DNA of 64,000 nucleotides, taken from the NCBI GenBank assembly GCA_965240465.1, contig OZ251219.1:128001-192000 (forward strand). The letters are read 5' to 3'. Both the position numbers and the translations under genes were made by a program. The DNA is from a bacterium. Its GTDB lineage: Bacteria > SAR324 > JACQKK01. The notes below the pieces were generated by a model. It searched no databases, had not been told where the DNA came from, and worked only from the letters and a program-made list of their open reading frames with translations. Positions 11,088-20,940 of this stretch are shown here, piece after piece; within the stretch, counting starts at the first letter, position 1, and each line of letters begins with the position of its first letter.

Positions 11088-12227
11088 TTAAAAGGGCAGA
11101 TTAGCGGCTGGTTCCAAGGAAAGTGAATTAAATTTTCGGGCTTTGAAGTATTCAAATGCAAGACGAGCAACCATAACAGCATTATCGGTGCAAAGTTGAG
11201 GAGGTGGGATAAAGAGGGGTTTTTGCTGTTTGAAGGCCTGCTGGAATGTTTGCCTCAGTTTGGTACTAGCGACTAACCCTCCTGATAGAGTAATAGCTTG
11301 GTGAGGAAATTTCTGGCATGCATGTAGGGTTTTTTGCACCAGTACCGTTATAACGCTCTCAAAAAATGCTGAGAGAACATTTTCAGCAGCAGCACTAGGA
11401 TGATCTCGGTGGTAATAACGTAAGGCAGTCTTTAGACCACTAAAAGAAAAATTGAGATTGGGTTGATCAAGCATGGGAGTAGGAAATTTGTGGTTGACAG
11501 GAGGGTATTTAAGGGCAAATTCATCAACGATGGGTCCCCCGGGGAAAGGGTAGCCAAAAATCTTTGCAGCTTTGTCTACGCATTCTCCAGCGGCATCATC
11601 TAGGGTGCGTCCGACAATATCCCAGTCAAAATGCTGGCGTTGATAGATGAGTAAGGTGTGTCCTCCGGCGGCTACTAAGTGCAGTAGCGGAAAAGGTAGT
11701 TCGCTGTGGTTAATGAAGTTAGCATAAGGATGGGCTTCAATATGATTGATGCCAATCAAAGGTTTGTTGAGTCTCCATGCGAGTGTTTTAGCGGTGGTCA
11801 TGCCGACTAGAATAGAACCTATTAATCCTGGTAAGTGAGAAACGGCAATATAATCCAAGGCTTTCCAAGCCAATGGTGGTTGAATATCAAGGCTACTGGC
11901 TGCCTGATACAAAGCCTGATTAAGGAGAACAGGCATGGCTTCTAGGTGCTTGCGTGAAGCACGCTCTGGTACGACACCACCGAATTCGTAATGGTCCGAG
12001 TATTGTGACAAAGTCAAGTTTGCCAAGATTTCTTGGTGCCCTCTTATGATGGCTATCGAAGTGTCATCGAAGGTGGTGTCTATCGCCAGTCCAATACTTT
12101 GTAAGCAGGATGGTGATGCTGATGACGAGGCTATTTCTGACCTGGATGGCATGTGGGTATCATTGATTAGGAAATGGATTATCAGGTGCAAAGGGGTAGA
12201 TAAGAAACTTTGTGTCAAGGTTTCCAA
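11088..12227 (-). CDS. tsaD: tRNA N6-adenosine threonylcarbamoyltransferase TsaD (ATG at 12152 is a likely start)
   Basis: FGGVVPERASRKH, NHIEAH metal site, TLDDAAGE, FSFSGLKT and CTDNAVM. Confidence 0.93.
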   Translation of the reverse strand: METLTQSFLSTPLHLIIHFLINDTHMPSRSEIASSSASPSCLQSIGLAIDTTFDDTSIAIIRGHQEILANLTLSQYSDHYEFGGVVPERASRKHLEAMPVLLNQALYQAASSLDIQPPLAWKALDYIAVSHLPGLIGSILVGMTTAKTLAWRLNKPLIGINHIEAHPYANFINHSELPFPLLHLVAAGGHTLLIYQRQHFDWDIVGRTLDDAAGECVDKAAKIFGYPFPGGPIVDEFALKYPPVNHKFPTPMLDQPNLNFSFSGLKTALRYYHRDHPSAAAENVLSAFFESVITVLVQKTLHACQKFPHQAITLSGGLVASTKLRQTFQQAFKQQKPLFIPPPQLCTDNAVMVARLAFEYFKARKFNSLSLEPAANLPF

Positions 12228-12976
12228 CTGCGGAAGGCTTCGTTTTTTAAATATAAGGGTTTAGGGAATTGAGATAGCTGGGTTGCAGGAGTAAATTTCT
12301 GGGTTTGAGGATGCTGCAAATATTGCTCAATGCCTGCTTCTAACAGTAAGGCAGCCCGATTTTTTTGGTGGTAAGCAGGCTGTAGATGAGAAAAAAATAC
12401 GTTCCCTTGAGGAAAACACTCTAAAATTAGAGGTGCTATTTTCTTGGATATTTCTGTGATTTTTTTCTTGGCCTGTTCAAATGGCAGTAGACAAGGTGGA
12501 TGAAGTTGTTTGAGAGAATTCCATGCTTTGGTTTTTTCCCATTGCCAGGTTGCGTGATAAATATCTTCGCCAACACAATTTCTCCAACTGTGAAAATAGC
12601 CAGAAGTTAAATTAGGGTCGGAACGCAAAGCAAGTAGCTTGAGGTTATCCACCCCTGCAATAGGAATATTGTTGATTTGAGCCAAAATAAAAGCAGTCGC
12701 CATGCCTATTCTCACGCCCGTAAATGAACCAGGACCAATGGCCACAACTATTAATCGCAATTCTTGCGGGCGTAGCTGACACTGCATTAGCAGTCTTTCA
12801 AGGTGCTCTAGCAAAATACTATTAGCAAGTATTCCGCAATCTTGATAAATATCTGCTACCAGCTTTCCCTGCCGGGCGATACCCAATGTTAGCCAAGGAC
12901 CAGAGGTATCTATTGCCAAAGTAGGCAGAAAAAAATGCTTGCTGGTGTTTATCAAACAGTCAGGTGGAACGGTCAT
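12215..12976 (-). CDS. tsaB: t6A biosynthesis protein TsaB
   Basis: LAIDTS and GPGSFTGVRIG motifs; lies between tsaE and tsaD. Confidence 0.9.
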   Translation of the reverse strand: MTVPPDCLINTSKHFFLPTLAIDTSGPWLTLGIARQGKLVADIYQDCGILANSILLEHLERLLMQCQLRPQELRLIVVAIGPGSFTGVRIGMATAFILAQINNIPIAGVDNLKLLALRSDPNLTSGYFHSWRNCVGEDIYHATWQWEKTKAWNSLKQLHPPCLLPFEQAKKKITEISKKIAPLILECFPQGNVFFSHLQPAYHQKNRAALLLEAGIEQYLQHPQTQKFTPATQLSQFPKPLYLKNEAFRSWKP

Positions 12977-12981
12977 TGTAG

Positions 12982-13527
12982 TTAAAATATGTTATCCAGT
13001 AAATCTGCAAAATGGGATGATCCCCAGAATGAAAACATTCGTGCTTCAGCAACACTTTTGTTGTTCTTAGGGTAAAGAATGTTTATCCAGAGACATTCCT
13101 CTGGGGGAAGCAACCCAACCGCAAGAGCAGGCCATTCTATTAGGGTAATTCCATTGAGATTATGCCAGTCATTGATATCTATTTGCAGCAAGTCTTGGCT
13201 GTCTTCCAGACGATATAAATCTACATGATAGATTGGGTTGGTTTTTAGGGTAGGATATACATTAACCAGGGTATAGGTAGGCGAAGTAACTATCATAGGA
13301 TCAACGCCTAAACCATGGCAGATTCCTTTGCACAAGGTGGTTTTTCCACTACCCAAAGAACCATCCAGTAAAACCGTATGAGAACCGTGCAGAGTAGACA
13401 ATGCTTGTCCTATTCTAAAAGCAAATTCCTGCGTGGCTGCTAGCGAAGATAAGGTAAGGATTTTGTCAGGGGGGCTCGGCGGCTTGCATTTCAAAGACAT
13501 TGGTCTGTCTAATAGGAAGGTAATCAA
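12982..13527 (-). CDS. tsaE: t6A biosynthesis ATPase TsaE
   Basis: GSLGSGKT P-loop, VTSPTYTLV, HVDLYRL and IEWP. Confidence 0.93.
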   Translation of the reverse strand: MITFLLDRPMSLKCKPPSPPDKILTLSSLAATQEFAFRIGQALSTLHGSHTVLLDGSLGSGKTTLCKGICHGLGVDPMIVTSPTYTLVNVYPTLKTNPIYHVDLYRLEDSQDLLQIDINDWHNLNGITLIEWPALAVGLLPPEECLWINILYPKNNKSVAEARMFSFWGSSHFADLLDNIF

Positions 13528-14183
13528 GTAGAGTTTTGCCAGACATGTTCAATATCTTGGGTTGAAATCTTCCCGACGCGTAATAATCTCCAGCCATGTT
13601 GAGGGTTACTAAGATCTACCACCGTAGATGGTAGTGTCGCAGGAGAGACAGGGCTGTTGATAACCCAAGCAGGGGAGAGAGTGGCCGAAATTATTTTTGG
13701 ATCATTGAGTGGCGATTGTCCGCTAATATTAGCACTGGTACCTATTATGGGAGATTGAGACATCCTAGTGAGAGCTTGCACAACTGGATGCGAACTCCAG
13801 CGGAGAGCTATTTTGCCTGTGTCGCTGACCAAATGAGCGGGAGCTTTCTTAGAAGCAACCAACACCAAGGTTAGAGATCCTGGCCAATAATGATGTATTA
13901 ACGCTTGTGCTTGGGGAATCAGTGTTTCAGCCCAGTCTTTTGCACGGTGGGGGTTATCTAACAAGGTAGGCAACGGATGATCTTCAGCTCGTTTTTTCAG
14001 GTGATACACAGTTTCAGCAGTTTTTTTAAGGAGTGCATTTCCGCCTAATCCATAGCAGGTTTCCGTTGGAAAAGCTCCCACCTCTCCGCGTTGCAAGGAA
14101 TCACTTAGCCAATCTGCCCATTGGATATCACATGGCCAGTCAATCAGCTGGGGTGAATTTGATTTTTTGGTGATCTGGAGCAT
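13524..14183 (-). CDS. tsaC: L-threonylcarbamoyladenylate synthase (single-domain YrdC/TsaC)
   Basis: FPTETCYGLG, KKR, WPGSLT, TSANISG and PSTVVD motifs. Confidence 0.9.
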   Translation of the reverse strand: MLQITKKSNSPQLIDWPCDIQWADWLSDSLQRGEVGAFPTETCYGLGGNALLKKTAETVYHLKKRAEDHPLPTLLDNPHRAKDWAETLIPQAQALIHHYWPGSLTLVLVASKKAPAHLVSDTGKIALRWSSHPVVQALTRMSQSPIIGTSANISGQSPLNDPKIISATLSPAWVINSPVSPATLPSTVVDLSNPQHGWRLLRVGKISTQDIEHVWQNST

Positions 14184-14304
14184 AGAGTTTACTCAAATTA
14201 ATTCCAAAACAGGCTATCAGGATATCATCACAGCAAATGGATCTGACAGCAATTTGTAGTCTCAGCTATGGATTTTGTTTAAGTACCTGACAAAAGCCCT
14301 AGGA

Positions 14305-15207
14305 TTAGACATTAAAAAATTTATAATTAGTACACACCAAGGATTTTCTCATGACCTCCAATGGAGCAGTTTTATTAGTCCAAAAATGGAAGGTATGTGC
14401 TCCCTGATGAAGCAACATTCCCAAACCATTGAGGTGTTTAAGTCCTATTTTTTTAGCTTGTTTCAACAATGGAGTTTCCAAGGGGGAGTAGATAATATCC
14501 ACCACCATTTCTTGGATATTGAGCTTTTCCAGAGAAACAGGGCTGCTTTGGTTATTTGTACCAACACTAGTAGTATTGATGAGTAAATCAGCAGTAAGTT
14601 GGTCGGTATCACGAAGAGAGATGGCTTGTATGTAAGGAACCCTTGATGTTAAATTATTAGTAGCATGATGCCCAAAGTACTGCTGCATATCTGCCACCAG
14701 CAAAGTAGCTTTCTTAACTGTGCGATTAGCCACCCACAACTGAGAACAGCCATCTTTTATCATGGAAAAAGCGATAGAACGGGCAGCACCACCAGCACCT
14801 AGCAACAACACCCGCTTGTTTTTTGATTGCCACCCCTGAGCTTCTTTCAAGGAGTCTAGGAATCCTAGACCATCAGTGTTATGCCCTCGCATATGGATAC
14901 GGTTTTCTTTGTGTCCACAAAGCACCGTGTTTACCGACTGTACCGTTTTTGCTTCAGGTGTCATTTCGTCAAGCAGGGGAAGAATAAGCTGCTTATAGGG
15001 AGCGGTCAAATTAAACCCGCTTAAACCCGCCCATCCTAAAGATTTCATTGCCTCCAGTAGCCGTTCAGGAACAATACGAAAAGGTACATAAACAGCGTTA
15101 ATGTTAGCAGCTACAAAGGCAGCATTTTGCATCAAAGGTGACAAACTGTGAGACAGAGGCATGCCAACTATACCATAAAGTTGACTTTTTCCGTTAACTG
15201 TCAACAT
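14305..15207 (-). CDS. aroE: Shikimate dehydrogenase
   Basis: HSLSPLMQN, NTDG, GAGGAARS, DIIYSPLET and GLGMLLHQG. Confidence 0.93.
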   Translation of the reverse strand: MLTVNGKSQLYGIVGMPLSHSLSPLMQNAAFVAANINAVYVPFRIVPERLLEAMKSLGWAGLSGFNLTAPYKQLILPLLDEMTPEAKTVQSVNTVLCGHKENRIHMRGHNTDGLGFLDSLKEAQGWQSKNKRVLLLGAGGAARSIAFSMIKDGCSQLWVANRTVKKATLLVADMQQYFGHHATNNLTSRVPYIQAISLRDTDQLTADLLINTTSVGTNNQSSPVSLEKLNIQEMVVDIIYSPLETPLLKQAKKIGLKHLNGLGMLLHQGAHTFHFWTNKTAPLEVMRKSLVCTNYKFFNV

Positions 15208-15294
15208 GATTTGACTGCTAAAAATTTTCCACTCAGTGGTATACCCATGACGCTCAGTGCTGTTACTTCCTGCTAAATTACCTTCACTGAAAGA

Positions 15295-16443
15295 TTACAT
15301 TGCTTGACGTAACTGGTCTATCTTATCAGTTTTTTCCCAAGTGAAGGACGGCAGAGAACGACCAAAATGTCCATAAGTTGCAGTTTGTTGATAAATCGGA
15401 CGCAATAAATCCAGCGTTTCAATAATTTCTGAGGGTTTCAGTCCAAACACTTCTCTCACTATTAGTGCTAGGCGTTCATCACCAACCTCTCCTGTGCCAA
15501 AGGTGTTTACCATCACAGAGATAGGATCCGCAATGCCAATGGCGTAGGCAAACTGGACTTCACAACGCTTCGCTAGCGAGGCAGCCACGACGTTTTTTGC
15601 CACATAGCGTGCCATATAAGCTGCCGAGCGATCCACCTTGGAAGGGTCTTTTCCCGAAAACGCCCCTCCTCCATGACGACCCATTCCTCCATAAGTGTCT
15701 ACAATCACCTTTCTGCCCGTCAACCCTGCATCACCATAAGGACCGCCTATCACAAATCTGCCGCTAGGGTTAACAAAGTATTTAGTATCTTTGTTAATTA
15801 ATCTTTTTGGGATTACCGTCTCAATTACATATTGCTTGATGTCAGAGTAAATTTGTTTTTGCGTTACATTTTCTGAGTGCTGACAGGAAATTACTACTGC
15901 AGACACGGCTACAGGATTTTCTCCCTCATAGCGTATAGACACCTGTGACTTGCCATCAGGTCCTAAATAATCCAGTACTCCTTTTTTGCGTACTTCTGCC
16001 AACCTCATAGCCAAACGGTGAGATAACTCAATAGGCATGGGCATGAGGTTTTCAGTTTCTTGGCAGGCATAGCCAAACATCAGACCTTGGTCGCCAGCTC
16101 CTTGTTCTTTATTAAGCTTGCTGTCAACTACTTGGGCAATGTCCTGAGATTGCTTGCCAATGCAAACCATTATGGCACAAGCATCTCCATCAAAACCAAA
16201 TTTGGAATCGGTGTAACCAATATCTCTAACTGTTTTGCGAACCAACTGGATTATGTCTACAGACCCTCTACTGGTAATCTCACCTCCCAGCACAATCAAT
16301 CCAGTGGCGGTAAATGTCTCGCAAGCCACCCGACTGTAGCAATCTTGAGCTAGCATGGAATCCAGAACAGCATCTGAAATCTGGTCACACATCTTGTCGG
16401 GATGCCCTTCAGTGACGCTTTCCGAACTGAATATTTTCTTCAT
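15295..16443 (-). CDS. metK: S-adenosylmethionine synthetase
   Basis: [17 protein letters not shown] and GGGAFSGKD signatures. ATG at 16443 (MKKIFSSE) preferred over the longer ORF start at 16482. Confidence 0.97.
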   Translation of the reverse strand: MKKIFSSESVTEGHPDKMCDQISDAVLDSMLAQDCYSRVACETFTATGLIVLGGEITSRGSVDIIQLVRKTVRDIGYTDSKFGFDGDACAIMVCIGKQSQDIAQVVDSKLNKEQGAGDQGLMFGYACQETENLMPMPIELSHRLAMRLAEVRKKGVLDYLGPDGKSQVSIRYEGENPVAVSAVVISCQHSENVTQKQIYSDIKQYVIETVIPKRLINKDTKYFVNPSGRFVIGGPYGDAGLTGRKVIVDTYGGMGRHGGGAFSGKDPSKVDRSAAYMARYVAKNVVAASLAKRCEVQFAYAIGIADPISVMVNTFGTGEVGDERLALIVREVFGLKPSEIIETLDLLRPIYQQTATYGHFGRSLPSFTWEKTDKIDQLRQAM

Positions 16444-16700
16444 AAACCTACGCTCACAGATACAATGTAAACAGGAAACCAACGTCCTCCATCAATTTAC
16501 ATAAATTGGGAGCGTCCCTAAATTTCAGCCAATTTGCAAGCTATATTTAATCAAAGTACTTATAAAATATTATGCAGGATAAGATTTTGTTTTCCATTTC
16601 TTGTTAGAGTGAGTATCAGAAATATGACACTTATCAATTGAAAACTTACTAAATTGGCATCAACGATTGTGTAACCAAATTATAATGAGGACATACAGGA

Positions 16701-18539
16701 ATGAAAGACAAAAAAGCTAAAGAATCGGGTTCTAAGTCGGAGCCAAAATTTGCCAGTCAATCTGCTTTGCGAGTGGATGAATTGCGTAAATTAATGTCTG
16801 AGCAAGGTTTGTCGGCTTTTGTACTGTTGTACGGGAGTGCTCATCATGCTGAATATATTGCCCCGCATCTTCGTCGTTTGGAATCCATGAGCGGTTTTAG
16901 CGGCTCAGCTGGAACAATAGTAATTGGATTGAAAGAGGCACATTTGTGGGTGGATTCCCGCTACTACTTGCAAGCAGAGGATGAGGTTCCTTCGTTTTTT
17001 GAGATTCACAAGCTGGGTTCACAAGGGGTAAAGAGTTGGCAAGATTGGCTAATTGAAGATTTTGCAGCTCAAAATGCAGGAGCAAGAATCGGTGGCGACG
17101 CTTTTCAAATGTCGGTGTTGCAGGCTCGCAAATTGCGGAGTGCATTTGAATCCAAGGGCTGTGTACTGAAATTATTACCTGAGAACTTGGTGGATGTTGT
17201 TTGTAAGCTAAAGAAGGGAAGAAGTGCTCCCTTACGAACAATCCCTATTTCTTGGAGCGGGAAGCCTGCCCAAGAAAAACTCAAGATGCTACGTGCAGAA
17301 ATGGAAAAAATTAATGCTGATGCACTGGTGTTGAGCAAACTTGATCGGGTAGCTTGGATGCTCAATCTTCGGGGCGGTGATATGCCTATGGATCCTGTGT
17401 TTGAAGGCTGGTTGCTGCTGACAAAAAAGAATGCAATCTGTTTTACTGACGCTCCTGCTCCATCTGAGGTAGAAACATATGCTAAGGGTTGGCTAAGTTT
17501 TCGTCCGTATCAGGATCTGAAAGAGGCACTCGTGCCTCTGGCTACTAAAGGAGCTAAAGTTTGGTTGGAAGAAGCAGATACCTGTGAAGCGATCAACGGC
17601 ATGCTGAAAGGAGCAACCTGCCTGTACCAACCGCAGCAGCCAGTTGATAGATGGAAAGCCATAAAAAATCCATCAGAAATTGCTTGTTCTAAAGCAGCTA
17701 ATATATCGGCAGGGTTGGCCAAGGTGCGTCTTTTTGCACACTTGGAGACTACGGCTGATGAACTATCTGAGGCAGATGTTGCTGACATGATGCAATCTGA
17801 GTATGCCAGAGAAGCTGGCTTTGAAAGTCTGAGCTTTGAAACAATATGCGGCTATGGAGCAAATGCTGCCATTGTTCACTATTCCAAGCCATCCAAAGAT
17901 GTTCTGCTGAAACCAGGGGGGATGCTTCTATTAGATTCGGGTATCCAACTGGGTGGAGGAACCACCGATGATACCCGCACTGTCCACATTGGTACACCTA
18001 CTGAAGAACTACGACGCTATTACACTGCAGTGTTGCGAGCACATATTAACTTGGCAAAGCAAATTGTCCCTGAGGGAGTAACTGGGGCTGAGCTGGATGG
18101 CATAACACGAACCCCCCTTTGGAATATTGGGGAAGATTATGGACACGGGACTGGTCATGGTGTAGGAGCCATGCTCCATGTTCATGAGGGTCCGCAGTCT
18201 ATTGGTCGTTGGTCTAGCGTACCATTTGAAGAGGGCATGATTATCTCCAATGAACCCGGTTATTATCGCGAGGGGTGGGGGGGTATAAGGTTGGAAAATC
18301 TCTATTTAGTAGAAAAAGCCTTGGAAGTTCCTACCCAACCAAATGGCAAAGGCTGGCTGAAATTTAGTGCCCTTACCATGACTCCCTTTGACAACGCCCT
18401 AATAGATTGGCTGTCTCTGACTAAGGATGAGAAGCAATGGCTCCAAGGCTACCATCAACTGGTATACAACAATCTATCTGACAAATTACCCCCCTCAGCA
18501 AAAAAGTGGCTACAAAAATCATGTAGTTCGCCTACCTAA
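16701..18539 (+). CDS. Xaa-Pro aminopeptidase (M24B, long three-domain type)
   Basis: SGFSGSAG, DSRY, DSG, GTTDDTRT, HGTGHGVG..VHEGP, SNEPGYY and GIRLEN. GAGG lies upstream as a possible RBS. Confidence 0.92.
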   Translation: MKDKKAKESGSKSEPKFASQSALRVDELRKLMSEQGLSAFVLLYGSAHHAEYIAPHLRRLESMSGFSGSAGTIVIGLKEAHLWVDSRYYLQAEDEVPSFFEIHKLGSQGVKSWQDWLIEDFAAQNAGARIGGDAFQMSVLQARKLRSAFESKGCVLKLLPENLVDVVCKLKKGRSAPLRTIPISWSGKPAQEKLKMLRAEMEKINADALVLSKLDRVAWMLNLRGGDMPMDPVFEGWLLLTKKNAICFTDAPAPSEVETYAKGWLSFRPYQDLKEALVPLATKGAKVWLEEADTCEAINGMLKGATCLYQPQQPVDRWKAIKNPSEIACSKAANISAGLAKVRLFAHLETTADELSEADVADMMQSEYAREAGFESLSFETICGYGANAAIVHYSKPSKDVLLKPGGMLLLDSGIQLGGGTTDDTRTVHIGTPTEELRRYYTAVLRAHINLAKQIVPEGVTGAELDGITRTPLWNIGEDYGHGTGHGVGAMLHVHEGPQSIGRWSSVPFEEGMIISNEPGYYREGWGGIRLENLYLVEKALEVPTQPNGKGWLKFSALTMTPFDNALIDWLSLTKDEKQWLQGYHQLVYNNLSDKLPPSAKKWLQKSCSSPT

Positions 18540-18566
18540 TCCTCCCGTATAAAATCCGGGAAGAAT

Positions 18567-18932
18567 CTACTCCTCCAACGGATCTTTTTCTAGCGATATA
18601 GATGAGTTCTTTTCTGGATCTATCAGCTCGTAGACCTGGCGAAGATATTCGCCTTCTGGTCCCTCAGGGATAACCACAGGATTGGTAATGTGGTTGTATA
18701 GATGGCTAACACGGTAAATATCTTCGCTTAAGCGTTCATCAATTCCTACCAAACCTGCATAGCGACGATATTTATCGTCATCTGCAACTGGCAACCGCGA
18801 ACGGGAACCACCACTGATAGGAACATAACGACCCGAGTCTACGTCGTACTTGCCTGCATTTTTCTTTTCCGGCTTTCTATGAATTTTCATGCTTTCTGCC
18901 TTTTTTAATATTTTAATTTTATTTTTTACCAT
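18567..18932 (-). CDS. Hypothetical protein (basic N-terminus, acidic C-terminus)
   Basis: 121-aa ORF with natural-looking composition that fills the gap between genes. No family recognised. Confidence 0.6.
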   Translation of the reverse strand: MVKNKIKILKKAESMKIHRKPEKKNAGKYDVDSGRYVPISGGSRSRLPVADDDKYRRYAGLVGIDERLSEDIYRVSHLYNHITNPVVIPEGPEGEYLRQVYELIDPEKNSSISLEKDPLEE

Positions 18933-19035
18933 CCAACCATACCTAAAATTAGAGAAATAAAAAATAACAATCCGAGGGCATGGTATAGGCTTTCAACAAA
19001 AAAACCTAGATGAGAAACACTGCCCCTGTTCCCAT

Positions 19036-19254
19036 CTACTCTGGCAACAGCCCCGCAATCTCTCCCGGTTCAGGAAACCGCCCAGTATCAGTACGAGAAT
19101 ACACTAATTCACCATCAATTCTCACATCAAAAATACCATTTTGGCCATCTATCAACTCCGGTATTATCTCACAACTTTCCCCAATTTCTGCCGAGACACG
19201 CTCAGCATGGGGTCTATAATTTCAAACTACACAGTATTCAATGCTAATGTGCAT
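19036..19254 (-). CDS. SelW/SelT/SelH (Rdx) family selenoprotein, 72 aa, Sec encoded by TGA at 19222-19224
   Basis: Hand translation: MHISIEYCVV(TGA=U)NYRPHAERVSAEIGESCEIIPELIDGQNGIFDVRIDGELVYSRTDTGRFPEPGEIAGLLPE*. It has the Rdx hallmarks IEYCxxU, GxFDV and RFP. A hairpin follows the TGA and selB is in the same window. Confidence 0.9.
19179..19212 (-). promoter_or_regulatory. Putative bacterial SECIS element of the Rdx selenoprotein
   Basis: mRNA after the UGA reads CCCCA-UGCUGAG-[CGUGU]-CUCGGCA-GAAAU-UGGGG: a 7-bp upper stem (one G-U pair), a 5-nt apical loop with G at position 2 starting 21 nt after the UGA, and a 5-bp lower stem. Confidence 0.7.
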
Positions 19255-19469
19255 AGTACTTTCTACTTGAAATAAGGAAAATAACGGGCAATTCTTGTTT
19301 AAAATCTTACTTTAACTGTCGCTGAGTATCAATTCTACGGCCTCATCATAAATGACTAACGAACATCATAGCATAACAAAAGGTATTTAGGTTAATAAAT
19401 AGAAAATATTTTCTAATATTTTAAGATACTGTAATCAATGTTGTTGGTGTGTATATATAGGTATTTAGT

Positions 19470-20888
19470 GTGTGTGAATTAACTGAAAAAGCGGGTGAGA
19501 TTCGTTGCCCGATTCACGGTTCCATTGGCTTGAATGCCCTTGAACGCGAAATCTTAGATCATCCATTGGTACAAAGGCTACGTCATGTTAGTCAACTAGG
19601 TTTGGGGAGTTTAGTCTTTCCAGGGGCTACTCATAGTCGGCTGGCACACTCTTTAGGGGTGATGCACTTGGCAGAAGATATTTTTCAGCAGGCTTGGCAA
19701 ACAGGCTGTCGAGCGGATCCTGATTTATCAAAACTATTTAATAAAGAGTATTTGCTAAAGGTGGTGCGACTGGCGGGCTTACTGCACGATTTGGGACACC
19801 CACCTTTCTCACACACTTGTGAGAAAATATTGTTAAATCCACCGGGTAAAACCAGTTCTAGATTTAACACTCCCCAAGAGGTTTCACATGAAACTTACTC
19901 TGTGGAAATGATTAAAAGAATTGGGCAGGATATTCCATCAGACCTGCCAGAAGAGCTGACACAAGATGTATGCTCGCTCATTTCTGCTTCGGTAGAGCCA
20001 TCTGATAGACTTTGGAATAAAACAGACACGCGGCATTGTATACACCATTTTCTTAAACAGGTGATCGCTGGAGAAATTGATGCTGACCGCATGGATTATC
20101 TGCATCGGGATGCCCACTTTACTGGAACTTCCTACGGCTGGTTTGACCGCGAGCGTTTGATTAAAGGTCTGTCTTGCTGTTGGCAACGTGATCATGGCTG
20201 GGTGATGAGCTTGGAAAGAGATACTCTTAATGCCTACGAGGATTTTTTGATGTCACGCATCCACATGACTATCCAAGTGTACCACCATAAGACCGTGCTA
20301 TGCTTCAATGAGTGCCTAAAGTACTCCTTAAGGGAGGGAGAGATAAGATTTCCAATATCTGCTGATACATTCTTACAGGCACGTGAAGATTCCCTGTGGG
20401 ATTTGTTGCATCGGGCTACAGAAGAATATGAACAAAAACGTCGTGATGGCAAAAATCATCCATTATCTTGGGCTGAACGAGTGGTACGGCGCAAGCCATT
20501 GAAGTTATTACTTTATCAGCGGATAGATTCTCAAGAGAAAAACAAGCCTCTTTGGGTGAAAGTAGCCTTGAAAACCTTAGAAAGGTTTGATGTTTATTTG
20601 GTAATATCCAGTGCAAAGCTTTCCAGCCAAGGTCAGCCTGGAGAACCCCCGGTGTTGGTACATCGGCAGTGGCTAGGAGAAAATAAATACACCCCGTTGA
20701 GGGAAGTATCTAGTCTCCTTAAACAATACAACAGCGATTTCTCCTTTTGGGGACTATTTTATAGACCCAAAGATCTGCAAAATGAAGACTTTGGCATACT
20801 CTCCGAGATATATGAAAAATTGCGAAGAATTCCCGAATTGAAAAAAGCGGATGACATCCTATCTGGGACAAAGAGACCCGGGAAGTAA
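19470..20888 (+). CDS. HD-domain phosphohydrolase (dNTP triphosphohydrolase/SAMHD1-like family)
   Basis: QRLRHVSQLG, HSRLAHSLG, LLHDLGHPPFSH, DADRMDYLHRD and QVYHHK. Confidence 0.88.
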   Translation: MCELTEKAGEIRCPIHGSIGLNALEREILDHPLVQRLRHVSQLGLGSLVFPGATHSRLAHSLGVMHLAEDIFQQAWQTGCRADPDLSKLFNKEYLLKVVRLAGLLHDLGHPPFSHTCEKILLNPPGKTSSRFNTPQEVSHETYSVEMIKRIGQDIPSDLPEELTQDVCSLISASVEPSDRLWNKTDTRHCIHHFLKQVIAGEIDADRMDYLHRDAHFTGTSYGWFDRERLIKGLSCCWQRDHGWVMSLERDTLNAYEDFLMSRIHMTIQVYHHKTVLCFNECLKYSLREGEIRFPISADTFLQAREDSLWDLLHRATEEYEQKRRDGKNHPLSWAERVVRRKPLKLLLYQRIDSQEKNKPLWVKVALKTLERFDVYLVISSAKLSSQGQPGEPPVLVHRQWLGENKYTPLREVSSLLKQYNSDFSFWGLFYRPKDLQNEDFGILSEIYEKLRRIPELKKADDILSGTKRPGK

Positions 20889-20940
20889 GAACGAGAACAA
20901 GACACCCTGATGCTATAAATCTGAACTTCTACTTGGTTTT

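Noticed and set aside
16444-16700. SAM riboswitch upstream of metK
   Set aside because: No SAM-I/II conserved core could be recognised by eye. An Rfam scan would settle it.
19010-19219. 69-aa + strand ORF
   Set aside because: It is the antisense shadow of the Rdx selenoprotein gene.
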